Assembly: GCA_965249575.1 (NCBI GenBank)
Contig: OZ252244.1
Span: 3,552,001 to 3,616,000 of the forward strand
Direction: 5' to 3'
Origin: Gemmatimonadales bacterium
GTDB lineage: Bacteria > Gemmatimonadota > Gemmatimonadetes > Gemmatimonadales > GWC2-71-9
DNA: 64,000 nt
Below the pieces are notes generated by a model that saw only the letters and a program-made list of their open reading frames with translations, did no database searches and was not told the origin of the DNA. Both the position numbers and the translations under genes were made by a program. Shown one piece after another: positions 29,488 to 39,992 of the stretch; position 1 is the stretch's first letter; every line of letters starts with the position of its first letter.

Positions 29488-30354
29488 ATGTCGAGCTCAT
29501 TGGTCAAGCGAATACTGGTGGCCGCCGTCGGAATCCCGACGGCGTTTGCCGTCGTATGGGCGGGTGGTTGGTCGTTTGCCGTGGTCCTCGGCGCGCTCGG
29601 CGCGCTCGGCGCGCTCGAGCTGTTTCGGCTTGCCGAGCGTTCGGGCGTTCGGCCGCTGGTGTGGCCGGGAGCGATCGGTGCCTTTCTCGCCCCTGCAGCC
29701 GTGCTGGCTGTCCACCCCAACGGACTCGGGCTGACGGTCAATTGGCTCGCGGCGGCCGGGGCGATATGGATTCTGGTCGTCATGGCCGGGGTGGTGTGGG
29801 GGCGGGGGCCCCAAGGCCGTCCCCTGCTGGCAGCGTCCGTCACGGTCTTCGGGGGGCTCTACGCGGGCGCCTTACTGGCGTTTCTCGTGCCAATTCGGAA
29901 CGTTGGAGGGGGAGCCGCGTTCGATCTCGGTGCTACGTGGCTCGTGTTCTTGCCTCTGGCGCTCACGTGGGTGTGTGACACGTGCGCCATGGCGGGCGGG
30001 TCGCTCGTCGGCGGCGCCAGGCTCGCCCCCACGTTGAGTCCCGGGAAAACGTGGGCCGGCGCGGTCGCGGGGTTGCTCGGGGCAACGGTCGCGTCGCTCG
30101 CGTACGGCCGGTGGCTGTTGGGGGGCGTCGGCGGCGTGGCCCTCGGATTCTGGCAGCTCCTGGCCATTGGGGTCGCCGTGGGCGTGCTCGGGCAGATAGG
30201 GGACCTCGCGGAGTCCGCCCTCAAACGGGAAGCCGGCGTCAAGGACTCGGGCAGTTTTTTCCCCGGTCACGGAGGGGTTCTGGATCGTCTCGATTCGCTC
30301 TACTGGGTCATCCCGAGCGTGGCGCTTCTTCTCAGGGCATTCGGGACACTGTGA
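29488..30354 (+). CDS. cdsA: Phosphatidate cytidylyltransferase
   Basis: SPGKTWAG, GDLAESALKREAGVKDSG, PGHGGVLDRLDS. Confidence 0.94.
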   Translation: MSSSLVKRILVAAVGIPTAFAVVWAGGWSFAVVLGALGALGALELFRLAERSGVRPLVWPGAIGAFLAPAAVLAVHPNGLGLTVNWLAAAGAIWILVVMAGVVWGRGPQGRPLLAASVTVFGGLYAGALLAFLVPIRNVGGGAAFDLGATWLVFLPLALTWVCDTCAMAGGSLVGGARLAPTLSPGKTWAGAVAGLLGATVASLAYGRWLLGGVGGVALGFWQLLAIGVAVGVLGQIGDLAESALKREAGVKDSGSFFPGHGGVLDRLDSLYWVIPSVALLLRAFGTL

Positions 30355-31508
30355 CTATCGGGGTGGCGGTACTTGGCTCGACGGGATCGATCGGGCGGAG
30401 CGCGATTCGGGTGCTGAGCCGCCAGGCCGACCGGTTCCGCGTGGTCGCCATCACGGCCTACGGATCCGACGAGCTGCTCAGCCGCCAGGCCGTGGATGCG
30501 GGTGCCGAGTACGTCGGCCTCGTCAACGGCGGGGACCGAAAGGTCAGCGCCGCCCTCGTTTCGCGGAATGCGGGTCCCACCTGGTCCGCCGGGCCGCAAT
30601 GCTTGGTCGAGGCGGCCACCCACCCCGACGTCAGGATCGTGATCAACGCGGTGGTGGGGGCGGCAGGGCTGGAGGCCACCCTCGCCGCGCTCGGAGCCGG
30701 CAAGCGGGTCGCGCTGGCCAACAAGGAACCCCTGGTGATGGCGGGGGATCTCGTACGGGCTGCGGCGCGAGAGGGCGGTGGCGAGGTCGTGCCGGTCGAT
30801 TCCGAGCACAGCGCTGTGCTGCAATGCGTGACGGGCCGGCGGGGACAGGAGCTTCGCCGCCTGATCCTCACCGCGTCCGGTGGGCCGTTCAGAGATTGGC
30901 CGGCCGACCGGCTCCGCGACGTGTCGGTAGGCGACGCGCTCAAGCACCCCACGTGGCAAATGGGCCGGAAGATCACCATCGATAGCGCGACGCTCGCCAA
31001 CAAGGCGCTCGAGGTGATCGAGGCGCACCATCTGTTTGGTCTGGGGTATGACCGAATTGAGGTCGTCGTGCATCCCCAGTCGATCGTGCACGCTTTTACG
31101 GAGTTCGTGGACGGATCGATCCTGGCTCAGCTTGGTGTCCCGAACATGGAGTTACCAATTCTCTACGCACTCACCCATCCCGAGCGCGTCGCCGACGCCG
31201 GCGTGGAACGTTTCGATCCTGTCAGGGCTACGCCCCTCACATTCGAACCGCTGCGGCTCGACGATTTCCCCGCCTTTGCGCTGGGCGTCGCGGCGGGCCG
31301 GGCCGGCGGCACGACCCCCGCGGTGTTCAACGCATCGAACGAAATCGCCGTCGGCGCGTTTCTCGACGGCCGCATCGGGTTCGCGCAGATCGCCACCGTC
31401 ATCGAAGAAATCCTCGAGCGTCACGATTCGGTTGAGGCCTGCGATCTGGAAACGGTATTGCGTACAGATAGCTGGGCGCGGGAGACAGCGGAGGCAGCAT
31501 GCTCCTGA
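30351..31508 (+). CDS. dxr: 1-deoxy-D-xylulose 5-phosphate reductoisomerase
   Basis: LGSTGSIG, LANKE, PVDSEHSA, LTASGGPF, HPTWQMGRKITIDSAT. Confidence 0.97.
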   Translation: MTIGVAVLGSTGSIGRSAIRVLSRQADRFRVVAITAYGSDELLSRQAVDAGAEYVGLVNGGDRKVSAALVSRNAGPTWSAGPQCLVEAATHPDVRIVINAVVGAAGLEATLAALGAGKRVALANKEPLVMAGDLVRAAAREGGGEVVPVDSEHSAVLQCVTGRRGQELRRLILTASGGPFRDWPADRLRDVSVGDALKHPTWQMGRKITIDSATLANKALEVIEAHHLFGLGYDRIEVVVHPQSIVHAFTEFVDGSILAQLGVPNMELPILYALTHPERVADAGVERFDPVRATPLTFEPLRLDDFPAFALGVAAGRAGGTTPAVFNASNEIAVGAFLDGRIGFAQIATVIEEILERHDSVEACDLETVLRTDSWARETAEAACS

Positions 31509-32872
31509 CCATCGGCGCGGCGGTCGTGGTGTTGGGAGTATTGATCTTCGTACACGAACTGGGTCACTTCGCCGCGGCGAAGGCGGTTGGCATCGGCGTG
31601 CATCGGTTCTCGGTGGGTATGGGCCCGATCACACCGGTGCGCTTTCGCCGGGGGGAGACGGAGTACGTCCTATCCTGGGTTCCCTTTGGCGGCTACGTGA
31701 AGATGGCGACCGGGGAAGAGGACGAACACGCCGGGATGGAGGCGCTCGAGGGAGGCTCGGCTGACCCGGTCTTCCCCCCCGAGAAACTCTTCGAGAATAA
31801 ACCGCTTTGGGCCCGGATCTTGGTGATCTCCGCCGGCGTGCTGATGAATGCACTGTTCGCGTGGGCGGCATACGCAGCACTCGCCGTGACATACGGGCGC
31901 GTCGAGGACCCGACGACGGCGGTCGCGGCCGTCGACGCGACGCAGCTCCCCGGGGCCGCCGAGGCGCTCGCGTCCGTTGCGTTCGGGTCGAAAATCGCGC
32001 GCATCAATGGGGACACGATGGCGTCGTGGAATGCCATTCAGGAAGCGATCCTCGACCCCCGGAGCGATCGACTCCGCATCGACTTCGTCGAGCGCTCCGA
32101 TCCCATCATCTTGCATATCCCCGGCACGAATACGACCGACCGCGTGGGTGTCGTGCGCGCGCTGCGCCCGCTCTGGGAGGCGCGGGTGGGATACGTGGCA
32201 CCCGGGCGCCCCGCTGCGGCGGCTGGGCTCGAAACGGGCGACCTGGTCGTGCGAGCCAACGGCGATTCCATACGCTACTGGGACGAGTTCGTGAAGGCGA
32301 TTGAGGGGAGATCGGGGTCCACGGTGGTCTTGTCGATCCTGCGCGACGGGGAAACCCTCGACGTGCCGGTCGTTCCGGCGGAGGAGGAAGTGAGGGACAT
32401 GGTGACGGGTGAGGTCCGAAACGTGGGGCGGATCGGTGTCGGACAGGGACTCGAGCCTCGAAGGGTCCGATTCGGCGTAGCTGGGGGGATCGTCGAGGGC
32501 GGACGAGAGACGTTGAGCGCGGTCGCCAAGGTGTGGTTTGCGCTCAAGGGGCTCGTGCTCGGTCATCTCTCCCCCAGGGAGCTCGGAGGGCCAATTCTGA
32601 TCGGGCAGCTCTCGGGCCAATTTGCACGGGTCGGCCTCGACGCGTATCTGAGGTTCATGGCGTTCTTCTCGGTGAATCTCGCCGTGCTCAATCTACTTCC
32701 CATCCCGGTGCTGGACGGTGGGCACCTAGTCTTTTTGTTGATCGAGGGGGTGCGAGGGAAGCCGCTGGCGCTCCGCCTGCGGCTCCGGCTGAGTCAGCTT
32801 GGCATGGTGATTCTGCTGGGCATTATGGCGCTTGCCGTGACCAACGACCTGCTCCGCCTCGTCGGGCAGTAG
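31499..32872 (+). CDS. rseP: RIP metalloprotease RseP
   Basis: HELGH, PDZ domains, NLLPIPVLDGG. Confidence 0.95.
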   Translation: MLLTIGAAVVVLGVLIFVHELGHFAAAKAVGIGVHRFSVGMGPITPVRFRRGETEYVLSWVPFGGYVKMATGEEDEHAGMEALEGGSADPVFPPEKLFENKPLWARILVISAGVLMNALFAWAAYAALAVTYGRVEDPTTAVAAVDATQLPGAAEALASVAFGSKIARINGDTMASWNAIQEAILDPRSDRLRIDFVERSDPIILHIPGTNTTDRVGVVRALRPLWEARVGYVAPGRPAAAAGLETGDLVVRANGDSIRYWDEFVKAIEGRSGSTVVLSILRDGETLDVPVVPAEEEVRDMVTGEVRNVGRIGVGQGLEPRRVRFGVAGGIVEGGRETLSAVAKVWFALKGLVLGHLSPRELGGPILIGQLSGQFARVGLDAYLRFMAFFSVNLAVLNLLPIPVLDGGHLVFLLIEGVRGKPLALRLRLRLSQLGMVILLGIMALAVTNDLLRLVGQ

Positions 32873-32884
32873 GCCGACGCCGCG

Positions 32885-33874
32885 TCACCGCTTCCCGAGG
32901 ATCACGACGGTCGCCGCAACCAGCACCACGACTAACACAGCCAACGCTAACAATATCCAGCGTTCCTGCCGCTCCGCGGCTGTAATCCCACTGGCGACCG
33001 TCGTGGGACGGGCGCCTACGCCGAAGGACTCGGTCACGCGGGAGGGATCAGGGATCTCCTGCAGTTCGGTGAGCAGGGCGGCCGCCGAGGCGTAGCGGTC
33101 GTCGGGGTGTTTGGCGAGGCACTTGAGAATCACGCGCTCGAATCGCTTGGAGAGGTCGGGGCGCCGCTTTCGGGGGGCGGACGGTGTGTCCTCCACGTGC
33201 ATCCGCGCGAGCTCGAACCAGTCGCTCGATCGAAACGGTAGGTCGCCCGTGGCCGCCTTGTACAACGTGACGCCCAGCGCATACAAGTCGCTCCGGCCGT
33301 CGAGAGCCCGTCCCTGGGCCTGCTCGGGCGAGATGTAGTGCGGCGTTCCGATGGTCATGTTCACCCCGGTCGCCGACACGTACCGCGTCACCGCTCTTGC
33401 GATCCCGAAATCGGCCAGCACCGACGCCCCATCGGGTCGCAGGAAAATGTTGTCGATCTTGACATCCCGGTGAATGAACCCGCGGTCGTGCGCGAAGGCC
33501 AGGGCGTTCGCGACGTCCATGGCGACCCGGAGTAAGACTGTCTCCGAGAGTGGACCATTGCGCTCCAGCAGGGTCGCCAGAGAATCCGGGTAGAGGTCCA
33601 TGGCGAAGTAGGTGATTTCTCCGGCATGGCCGACGTCCTGGATTCGGACGACATTGGGGTGGCGAAGCTCGGATGCTACCTGCGCTTCGTTCCGGAACCG
33701 TGTGTCGAACGCCGCGTCTCCGGCGTAGCGGGGCTTCAGGACCTTCAGGGCAACCGGCGCTTCTCCGTCCTTCTGCCCTGCGAAGACCCAGGCGAACCCT
33801 CCCTGCCCGATCAGCCGGTCGAGGGTGTACGGGCCGATGGTGGTGCCAATCAGTTGGTCCGGATCGAGCGTCAT
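32885..33874 (-). CDS. Hanks-type Ser/Thr protein kinase with C-terminal TM helix
   Basis: IGQGGFAWV, VALK, HRDVKIDN, DFGIA, GTPHYISPEQ. Confidence 0.92.
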   Translation of the reverse strand: MTLDPDQLIGTTIGPYTLDRLIGQGGFAWVFAGQKDGEAPVALKVLKPRYAGDAAFDTRFRNEAQVASELRHPNVVRIQDVGHAGEITYFAMDLYPDSLATLLERNGPLSETVLLRVAMDVANALAFAHDRGFIHRDVKIDNIFLRPDGASVLADFGIARAVTRYVSATGVNMTIGTPHYISPEQAQGRALDGRSDLYALGVTLYKAATGDLPFRSSDWFELARMHVEDTPSAPRKRRPDLSKRFERVILKCLAKHPDDRYASAAALLTELQEIPDPSRVTESFGVGARPTTVASGITAAERQERWILLALAVLVVVLVAATVVILGKR

Positions 33875-33980
33875 ACGCGGGCTTTACACCGTGAAAGCGG
33901 TGGACTAGGTTGTTAAGCTTGAAAGAAATCCGATCTTTCTGACCGAGGCAAGCCCGGCGCCGCAGAGGGACAATTGCTAC

Positions 33981-34241
33981 ATGGTTTTTGACAAGGCCGC
34001 CGTCATCGGCAAGCACCAAGTGACCCCAGCCGATACGGGATCAACACGAATCCAGATCGCGCTTCTCACGGCGCGCATTAACGACCTCACCGAACACTTC
34101 CGTACCCATGCGAAGGATCATCACGGGCGACGCGGTCTCCTCATGATGGTAAGCAAGCGACGCCGCCTGTTGGGGTACCTCAAGCGAACCGACCTGGAAG
34201 GGTATCGTCGGCTCATCGAAGAACTTGGTCTTCGCCACTAA
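33981..34241 (+). CDS. rpsO: 30S ribosomal protein S15
   Basis: [23 protein letters not shown]. Confidence 0.96.
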   Translation: MVFDKAAVIGKHQVTPADTGSTRIQIALLTARINDLTEHFRTHAKDHHGRRGLLMMVSKRRRLLGYLKRTDLEGYRRLIEELGLRH

Positions 34242-34254
34242 GCAGCAGGTAACC

Positions 34255-34293
34255 GCTCGAGGTGTCAGGGATGAACATTCCGGCGCCTCGAGT
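34255..34293 (+). promoter_or_regulatory. Stem-loop between rpsO and pnp (terminator or processing hairpin)
   Basis: GCTCGAGGTGTC...GGCGCCTCGAGT pairing. Confidence 0.45.
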
Positions 34294-34321
34294 TCGTGTA
34301 TCTAGGAGCGTAAAGCCATCC

Positions 34322-36406
34322 ATGATCAAGCACTCTGAGCGGCCGTTTGCTGGTCGCCCCCTGCGCCTCGAAACGGGGCGTCTCGCGAAGCAGGCTGCCG
34401 GTAGCGCCCTCCTACAATTTGGCGAAACGACGGTACTCGCGGCGATCACCGTAGGAGATTCGCCGACGACCCTACCGTTTTTCCCGCTCTTGGTTGAATA
34501 CCGCGAACGCAGCTACGCTGCGGGGAAGATCCCCGGGGGATTCCTGAAGCGGGAGGGGCGGCCGAGCGACGAAGAGATCCTCGCGGCACGGCTCATTGAC
34601 CGGTCCATTCGCCCGCTGTTTCCTGAAGGCTTCCGAAACGAGGTTCAGGTTTTCGTCTTCGTGCTCTCCGCTGACCAGGAAAACGATGCCGACGTCCTGG
34701 GCCTCACCGTCGCGTCACTCGCGCTGGCTGCGTCGAACGTTCCCTGGAACGGGCCGATTGCGGGAGTGCGTGTGGGCAGGGTCGACGGTGAATGGGTGTT
34801 GAATCCCACCTTCGCGCAGCTCGAGTCGAGCGACGTCGACGTCGTTGTCGCGGGCTCGGCTGACTCAATCATGATGGTGGAGGGAGGCGCGTTGGAGCTG
34901 GGCGAGGCGGACCTGGCGGACGCGCTTGAGGCTGCGCAGAAGGGAATCGGGGAGCTGGTCGAACGCGAACAGGAGATTCTGGCGGACGCCGCCCGAGAGA
35001 AGATGGATTGGGTGAAGAGCGAGCCGCCCGCCGAACTGGTCGAACGGGTTCACTCCCTCGCCAAGGAGCGCGTCGGGGAGGCGTTGAATCTACCGGAGAA
35101 ATCCGAGCGGGCCCGAGCCCTCGCGGCGCTGCGGACCACCGTTATGGACCAGCTTCGTGAGGAATACCCCGACGACGCCCGTGCGGTTTCGGGCGTGCTC
35201 GAAGACATCGAGTACGAGACGATGCGCGGCCAAGTCCTGGAGCATGGCGAGAGGATCGATGGGCGTGACCTCGATACGGTGCGGCCCATCACGTGCGAAG
35301 TCGGGCTATTGCCACGGACACACGGCTCCGCTCTGTTCACCCGTGGACAGACCCAGGCCCTAGTCATCACGACGCTCGGCACGGTGTCGGACGAGCAACG
35401 CATAGACAACATCGACGTCCCGCGGGAAACGACCAAGAGCTTCATGCTACACTACAACTTCCCGCCGTTTTCGACTGGCGAGGTCCGGCCGGTACGGGGC
35501 GTGTCACGGCGGGAGATCGGGCATGGCGCGCTGGCGGAGCGCGCGTTGCAGGCGCTGCTACCTCCGTACGATCAGTTCCCCTACACGATCCGCATCGTGT
35601 CGGACATCATGGAGTCGAACGGCTCGAGCTCGATGGCCACGGTGTGCGGGGGATCGTTGGCCCTCATGGATGCCGGGGTGCCAATGCGGGCTGCTTGCGC
35701 TGGCGTCGCAATGGGGCTCATCAAGGAAGGCGACGGCGTAGCCGTCTTGACCGACATCCTCGGGGCCGAAGATCACCTTGGCGACATGGATTTCAAGGTG
35801 GCTGGGACCCGCGCAGGCGTCACGGCGATTCAAATGGACATCAAGATCCAGGGGCTGGAGATCGGGATCCTGCGGGAAGCGCTGGAGAAGGCCCGGGTCG
35901 CGCGGGTCCACATTCTCGATGCCATGGACCGGACGCTCGAAACCGCGCGGGGTGGCTTGTCGAAATACGCACCACGCATCATCACGATACAGGTGAAGCC
36001 CGACCGCATCGGTGACATAATCGGTCCAAAGGGCAAGGTCATCCGAGGAATCCAGGAGCAGACGGGAGCTGATATCAACGTCGACGACTCCGGTCTCGTG
36101 ACTGTCTCCTCGGTGGACGGTCAGGCCGGAGAGCGGGCGCGTGACATGATCGCAGCCCTGGTGGAGGAGCCCGAGGTTGGGAAGGTGTATGAAGGCGTGG
36201 TCAAGAGCACCACGGCCTTCGGGGCGTTCGTCGAGATCATCCCCGGAGTCGAGGGCCTGCTGCACATCTCCGAGATGCAGCACGGACGCACTGAGCGCAC
36301 CGAGGACGTCGTGAAGCGGGGCGACTCCGTCCGCGTCAAGCTGCTGGAAGTGGACGGGCGCGGCAAGATGCGCCTCTCGCGCAAGGCGTTGCTCGATCGG
36401 GAATAG
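34322..36406 (+). CDS. pnp: Polyribonucleotide nucleotidyltransferase
   Basis: ETGRLAKQA, RTHGSALFTRGQTQ, SNGSSSMA, DMDFKVAG, KH and S1 domains. Confidence 0.97.
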   Translation: MIKHSERPFAGRPLRLETGRLAKQAAGSALLQFGETTVLAAITVGDSPTTLPFFPLLVEYRERSYAAGKIPGGFLKREGRPSDEEILAARLIDRSIRPLFPEGFRNEVQVFVFVLSADQENDADVLGLTVASLALAASNVPWNGPIAGVRVGRVDGEWVLNPTFAQLESSDVDVVVAGSADSIMMVEGGALELGEADLADALEAAQKGIGELVEREQEILADAAREKMDWVKSEPPAELVERVHSLAKERVGEALNLPEKSERARALAALRTTVMDQLREEYPDDARAVSGVLEDIEYETMRGQVLEHGERIDGRDLDTVRPITCEVGLLPRTHGSALFTRGQTQALVITTLGTVSDEQRIDNIDVPRETTKSFMLHYNFPPFSTGEVRPVRGVSRREIGHGALAERALQALLPPYDQFPYTIRIVSDIMESNGSSSMATVCGGSLALMDAGVPMRAACAGVAMGLIKEGDGVAVLTDILGAEDHLGDMDFKVAGTRAGVTAIQMDIKIQGLEIGILREALEKARVARVHILDAMDRTLETARGGLSKYAPRIITIQVKPDRIGDIIGPKGKVIRGIQEQTGADINVDDSGLVTVSSVDGQAGERARDMIAALVEEPEVGKVYEGVVKSTTAFGAFVEIIPGVEGLLHISEMQHGRTERTEDVVKRGDSVRVKLLEVDGRGKMRLSRKALLDRE

Positions 36407-36413
36407 CCTCCCC

Positions 36414-37664
36414 GTGCAGACAGTCAAGCTAGACGACGGTCTTTATCGAACGGACGCCGCCAACGGCGTCGCGGTCCTGTCCGAGGCGCTTCCGAGTGTG
36501 CGATCCGTGGCAAGCGGCATTTGGATCAAGGCCGCGTCCGCGCACGAGGCCCGGGCAAAAATGGGCGTTTCCCACCTGCTGGAGCACATGGTCTTCAAGG
36601 GAACCCGCCGGCGAACGGCGAGGGACATCGCGCTCGAGCTCGAGGTCCGCGGCGGGGCGCTCGACGCCTACACAGCTCGAGATCACACGAGCTATCAGGC
36701 GCGGGTGCTCGAGGAGGATCTCCCCCAGGCGTTAGACGTTCTGACCGACCTGGTGCGAAACCCCCTGCTCCGGCAGTCGGATCTCGATCTCGAGCGAAAG
36801 GTCATTCTCGAGGAAATCAGCGCTGTGGAGGACACACCAGACGACTTAGTCTTCGAGCTGCATTCCCAGGCGGTGTGGCCCGACCACCCCTACGGGTTCC
36901 AGATCCTGGGCACCCGCTCGACGGTCGGCCAGCTGGGAGCCGCTGACCTCGTGGATCTGCATCGGCGGGCCTACCATCCCGGAAACGTCGTCATCGCCGT
37001 CGCGGGACGAGTCGATCACGAAACCGTATTGCGCCAGCTGGCGGAATACGGCTGGTTCGATGTCGAGCCCGGTCCTGAAGCGCGCCCGGTCACGCTCGCT
37101 CCCAAGGGTACCGGGGGGATCCAACGGGTCGAGCGAGATCTAGCGCAAACGCATATCGTGATGGGGACCGACACGTTCCCGTTCACGGACGACCGGCGCT
37201 ACGCGCTGATGCTGATCAACACGGTATTCGGAGGCGGTATGTCGAGCCGCCTGTTCCAGCGCGTCCGTGAAGAGCTCGGCCTCGCGTACTCGGTTTATTC
37301 ATATCAGTCGTTTTACCAGCAGGCTGGTCTGACCGGGGTTTATGTGGGCACGCATCCGTCGACTGCCGCCCAGGCGGTCGAGGCGATTCTGACGGAGATG
37401 AGACTGTTGGCGCGCGAGGGCCTCGATACCGAGACATTGAAGGAGGCGAAGCAACAGCTGAAAGGGCAGCTCATGTTGGGACTAGAGAGCCCTACGGCGC
37501 GCGTGCACCGCTTGGCGGGTGTCGTGCTCCACGACGAGCCCTATCGGAGTCTAGGTCGCGTCCTCGAGGAGATAGAGGACGTCACCAGCGACGCGGTCAT
37601 GCAGGTCGCCGAGGAATACTTCACGCCCGAGCGGCACACAACCGTGTGGCTCGGACCCAACTAG
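36414..37664 (+). CDS. M16 family (pitrilysin-like) zinc peptidase
   Basis: Inverted zinc motif HLLEH; GGGMSSRLFQRVREELGLAYSV. Confidence 0.92.
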   Translation: MQTVKLDDGLYRTDAANGVAVLSEALPSVRSVASGIWIKAASAHEARAKMGVSHLLEHMVFKGTRRRTARDIALELEVRGGALDAYTARDHTSYQARVLEEDLPQALDVLTDLVRNPLLRQSDLDLERKVILEEISAVEDTPDDLVFELHSQAVWPDHPYGFQILGTRSTVGQLGAADLVDLHRRAYHPGNVVIAVAGRVDHETVLRQLAEYGWFDVEPGPEARPVTLAPKGTGGIQRVERDLAQTHIVMGTDTFPFTDDRRYALMLINTVFGGGMSSRLFQRVREELGLAYSVYSYQSFYQQAGLTGVYVGTHPSTAAQAVEAILTEMRLLAREGLDTETLKEAKQQLKGQLMLGLESPTARVHRLAGVVLHDEPYRSLGRVLEEIEDVTSDAVMQVAEEYFTPERHTTVWLGPN

Positions 37665-37690
37665 CTCGCGGTGACAACTCGGAGCCCCAG

Positions 37691-38803
37691 ATGATCATCG
37701 GCGTCCCCAGGGAGATCAAGAGCAACGAGAACCGTGTTGCATTGGTCCCGGCGGGCGCGGAGGTCCTTCTCGCAGATGGGCACACGGTGCGCGTTGAGCG
37801 CGGAGCAGGCGCGGGCAGTGGGTTCCCGGACGAAGCCTATGAGCACGTGGGGGCCAGTTCGGTGGCCGATCCCACGGCGCTCTGGGGTCAGTCGGATTTG
37901 ATCCTGAAGGTCAAGGAACCGGTCGAGTCCGAATGGCATCGTCTCCGAGATGGACAAGTCGTTTTCACGTTTTACCACTTCGCGGCCAGCGAATCGTTGA
38001 CCCGGGCTGTGATCGACTCCGGGTGCGTGGCCGTGGCTTACGAGACGGTGCAGCTACCGGGCGGCGAGCTGCCCTTGTTGACCCCGATGTCGGAGGTTGC
38101 GGGCCGCATGGCAGTGCAGGAGGGAGCCCGGGCGCTCGAGAAGGTGACGGAAGGACGCGGAATTCTTCTGGGTGGCGTCCCCGGGGTGCTGCCGGCCAAC
38201 GTCGTGATATTGGGGGGTGGCGTCGTTGGCACCAACGCGGCGAAGATGGCCGCAGGCCTGGGGGCCCGCGTGACACTGCTCGATGTGTCGCTCGACCGGC
38301 TCAGATACCTTTCCGACGTCATGCCGCCCAACGTGAATCTGCTCTATTCCAATCGTCACAACATTCTGGAGCTGTTACCGTTGGCCGATCTGGTCATTGG
38401 GGCCGTTTTGCTCCCTGGTGCGAAGGCCCCAAAACTGATCCGGCGAGAGGACCTTGGGCACATGCAGCCTGGCTCGGTGATCGTCGATGTAGCGGTCGAC
38501 CAAGGCGGATGCGTCGAGACCGCCCGGCCCACGACGCACGCCGACCCGACGTACGTCGTCGACGGTGTGGTGCATTACGCGGTGGCGAACATGCCTGGCG
38601 CGGTGCCGCGCACGTCGACGCTTGCGCTTACGAATGCCACCTTTCGCTACGTGAGGCAGTTGGCGACCCATGGGTGGCGTGAGGCCTGCCGCCGGGATGC
38701 TGGGCTTCGCCTGGGCCTCAACGTCGTCGCGGGGAGGGTCGTCTATCCCGCGGTGGCAGAGGCCTTCGGGATGGACCTCGCCGACGCGGCGGCGGTCACC
38801 TGA
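37691..38803 (+). CDS. ald: Alanine dehydrogenase
   Basis: IGVPREIK, LLTPMSEVAGR, VDVAVDQGGC, NMPGAVPRTST. Confidence 0.95.
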   Translation: MIIGVPREIKSNENRVALVPAGAEVLLADGHTVRVERGAGAGSGFPDEAYEHVGASSVADPTALWGQSDLILKVKEPVESEWHRLRDGQVVFTFYHFAASESLTRAVIDSGCVAVAYETVQLPGGELPLLTPMSEVAGRMAVQEGARALEKVTEGRGILLGGVPGVLPANVVILGGGVVGTNAAKMAAGLGARVTLLDVSLDRLRYLSDVMPPNVNLLYSNRHNILELLPLADLVIGAVLLPGAKAPKLIRREDLGHMQPGSVIVDVAVDQGGCVETARPTTHADPTYVVDGVVHYAVANMPGAVPRTSTLALTNATFRYVRQLATHGWREACRRDAGLRLGLNVVAGRVVYPAVAEAFGMDLADAAAVT

Positions 38804-38950
38804 TCTGCGCTACCGGCCGTTGCCGCTATCCGATGCCCGTCGTTTAACTACTGAGCTTGTTTTGACTTACGGCGACGGTTAAGTTGTGTCTATGACCCTC
38901 CGGGAAGGGCGGTCGGCGTGCCTACCCACGACCACCTCAGCTGATCGCGC

Positions 38951-39988
38951 ATGCGCTGGCCCAAGTTAGACCTCGGGAATCTCCTGCCCGCCAACGAAAT
39001 CGCCGTGGATTTGGGAACGTCGAACACCCTCATCTACGTCCGCGGCGAGGGGATCGTGCTGAACGAGCCGTCGGTCGTGGCCGTCGAAAAGGCTTCGGGA
39101 CGGCCGAAAGGGATTGGGCTCGAGGCGAAGCGGATGCTCGGACGCACGCCCGACGGGATCGTTGCGGTCCGTCCGTTGAAGGACGGAGTGATCGCGGATT
39201 TCGATGTTTGCGAAAAGATGCTTCGCTACTTCCTTTCGTCGATCATCAACAAGCACGTATTCCGGGTCAAACCGAAGGTGATTGTCTGCGTGCCGAGCGG
39301 GATCACCGAGGTCGAGCGCCGTGCCGTCCGAGACAGCGCGCAATCGGCGGGAGCCAAGGAAGTCTACATGGTTGCCGAGCCGATGGCCGCTGCGATCGGT
39401 GTCGGCCTGCCGATTGAGATGCCCACCGGGAACATGGTGATCGACATCGGGGGGGGCACGACCGAGATCGCGGTCATTGCCTTGGCTGGCCTCGTGAGCG
39501 ATACGTCCATCCGCACCGGTGGGGATGAGCTGGATCAGGCAATCGTCCAGTTCATGCGCAAGAACTACAATCTCCTGATCGGCGAGCCCACCGCCGAGGG
39601 GATCAAGATCCAGGTTGGCTCAGCCGCCCCAGTCTGTGAAGAGCGGGACATGGAGGCCAAGGGGCGGGACCTCGTCTCCGGAATTCCGAAAGTCGTCCGC
39701 GTACATTCGAGCGAGATTCGCGAGGCAATTCAGGAGCCTATTCAACAAATCGTCGACGCCGTTCGCCGCGCCCTCGAGATCACTCCACCGGAGCTCGCCA
39801 GTGACATTGTCGATCGAGGGATCGTGATGGTCGGTGGTGGATCGCTCATCCGAGGTCTGGACGTGCTGCTTTCGCAGGAGACTTCGCTACCCATTCGGGT
39901 GGACGAGGACCCCCTGACCTGTGTCGTGCGTGGAACAGGACGTATTCTCGACGACCCGGAAAAATATCGGTCGGTTCTCACGACATAA
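38951..39988 (+). CDS. mreB: Rod shape-determining protein MreB
   Basis: DLGTSNT, EPMAAAIG, DIGGGTTE, TPPELASDI. Confidence 0.97.
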   Translation: MRWPKLDLGNLLPANEIAVDLGTSNTLIYVRGEGIVLNEPSVVAVEKASGRPKGIGLEAKRMLGRTPDGIVAVRPLKDGVIADFDVCEKMLRYFLSSIINKHVFRVKPKVIVCVPSGITEVERRAVRDSAQSAGAKEVYMVAEPMAAAIGVGLPIEMPTGNMVIDIGGGTTEIAVIALAGLVSDTSIRTGGDELDQAIVQFMRKNYNLLIGEPTAEGIKIQVGSAAPVCEERDMEAKGRDLVSGIPKVVRVHSSEIREAIQEPIQQIVDAVRRALEITPPELASDIVDRGIVMVGGGSLIRGLDVLLSQETSLPIRVDEDPLTCVVRGTGRILDDPEKYRSVLTT

Positions 39989-39992
39989 TTCT

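Noticed and set aside
29587..29616. 9-bp tandem repeat CTCGGCGCG x3 in cdsA
   Set aside because: In-frame (LGA)n within a TM helix.
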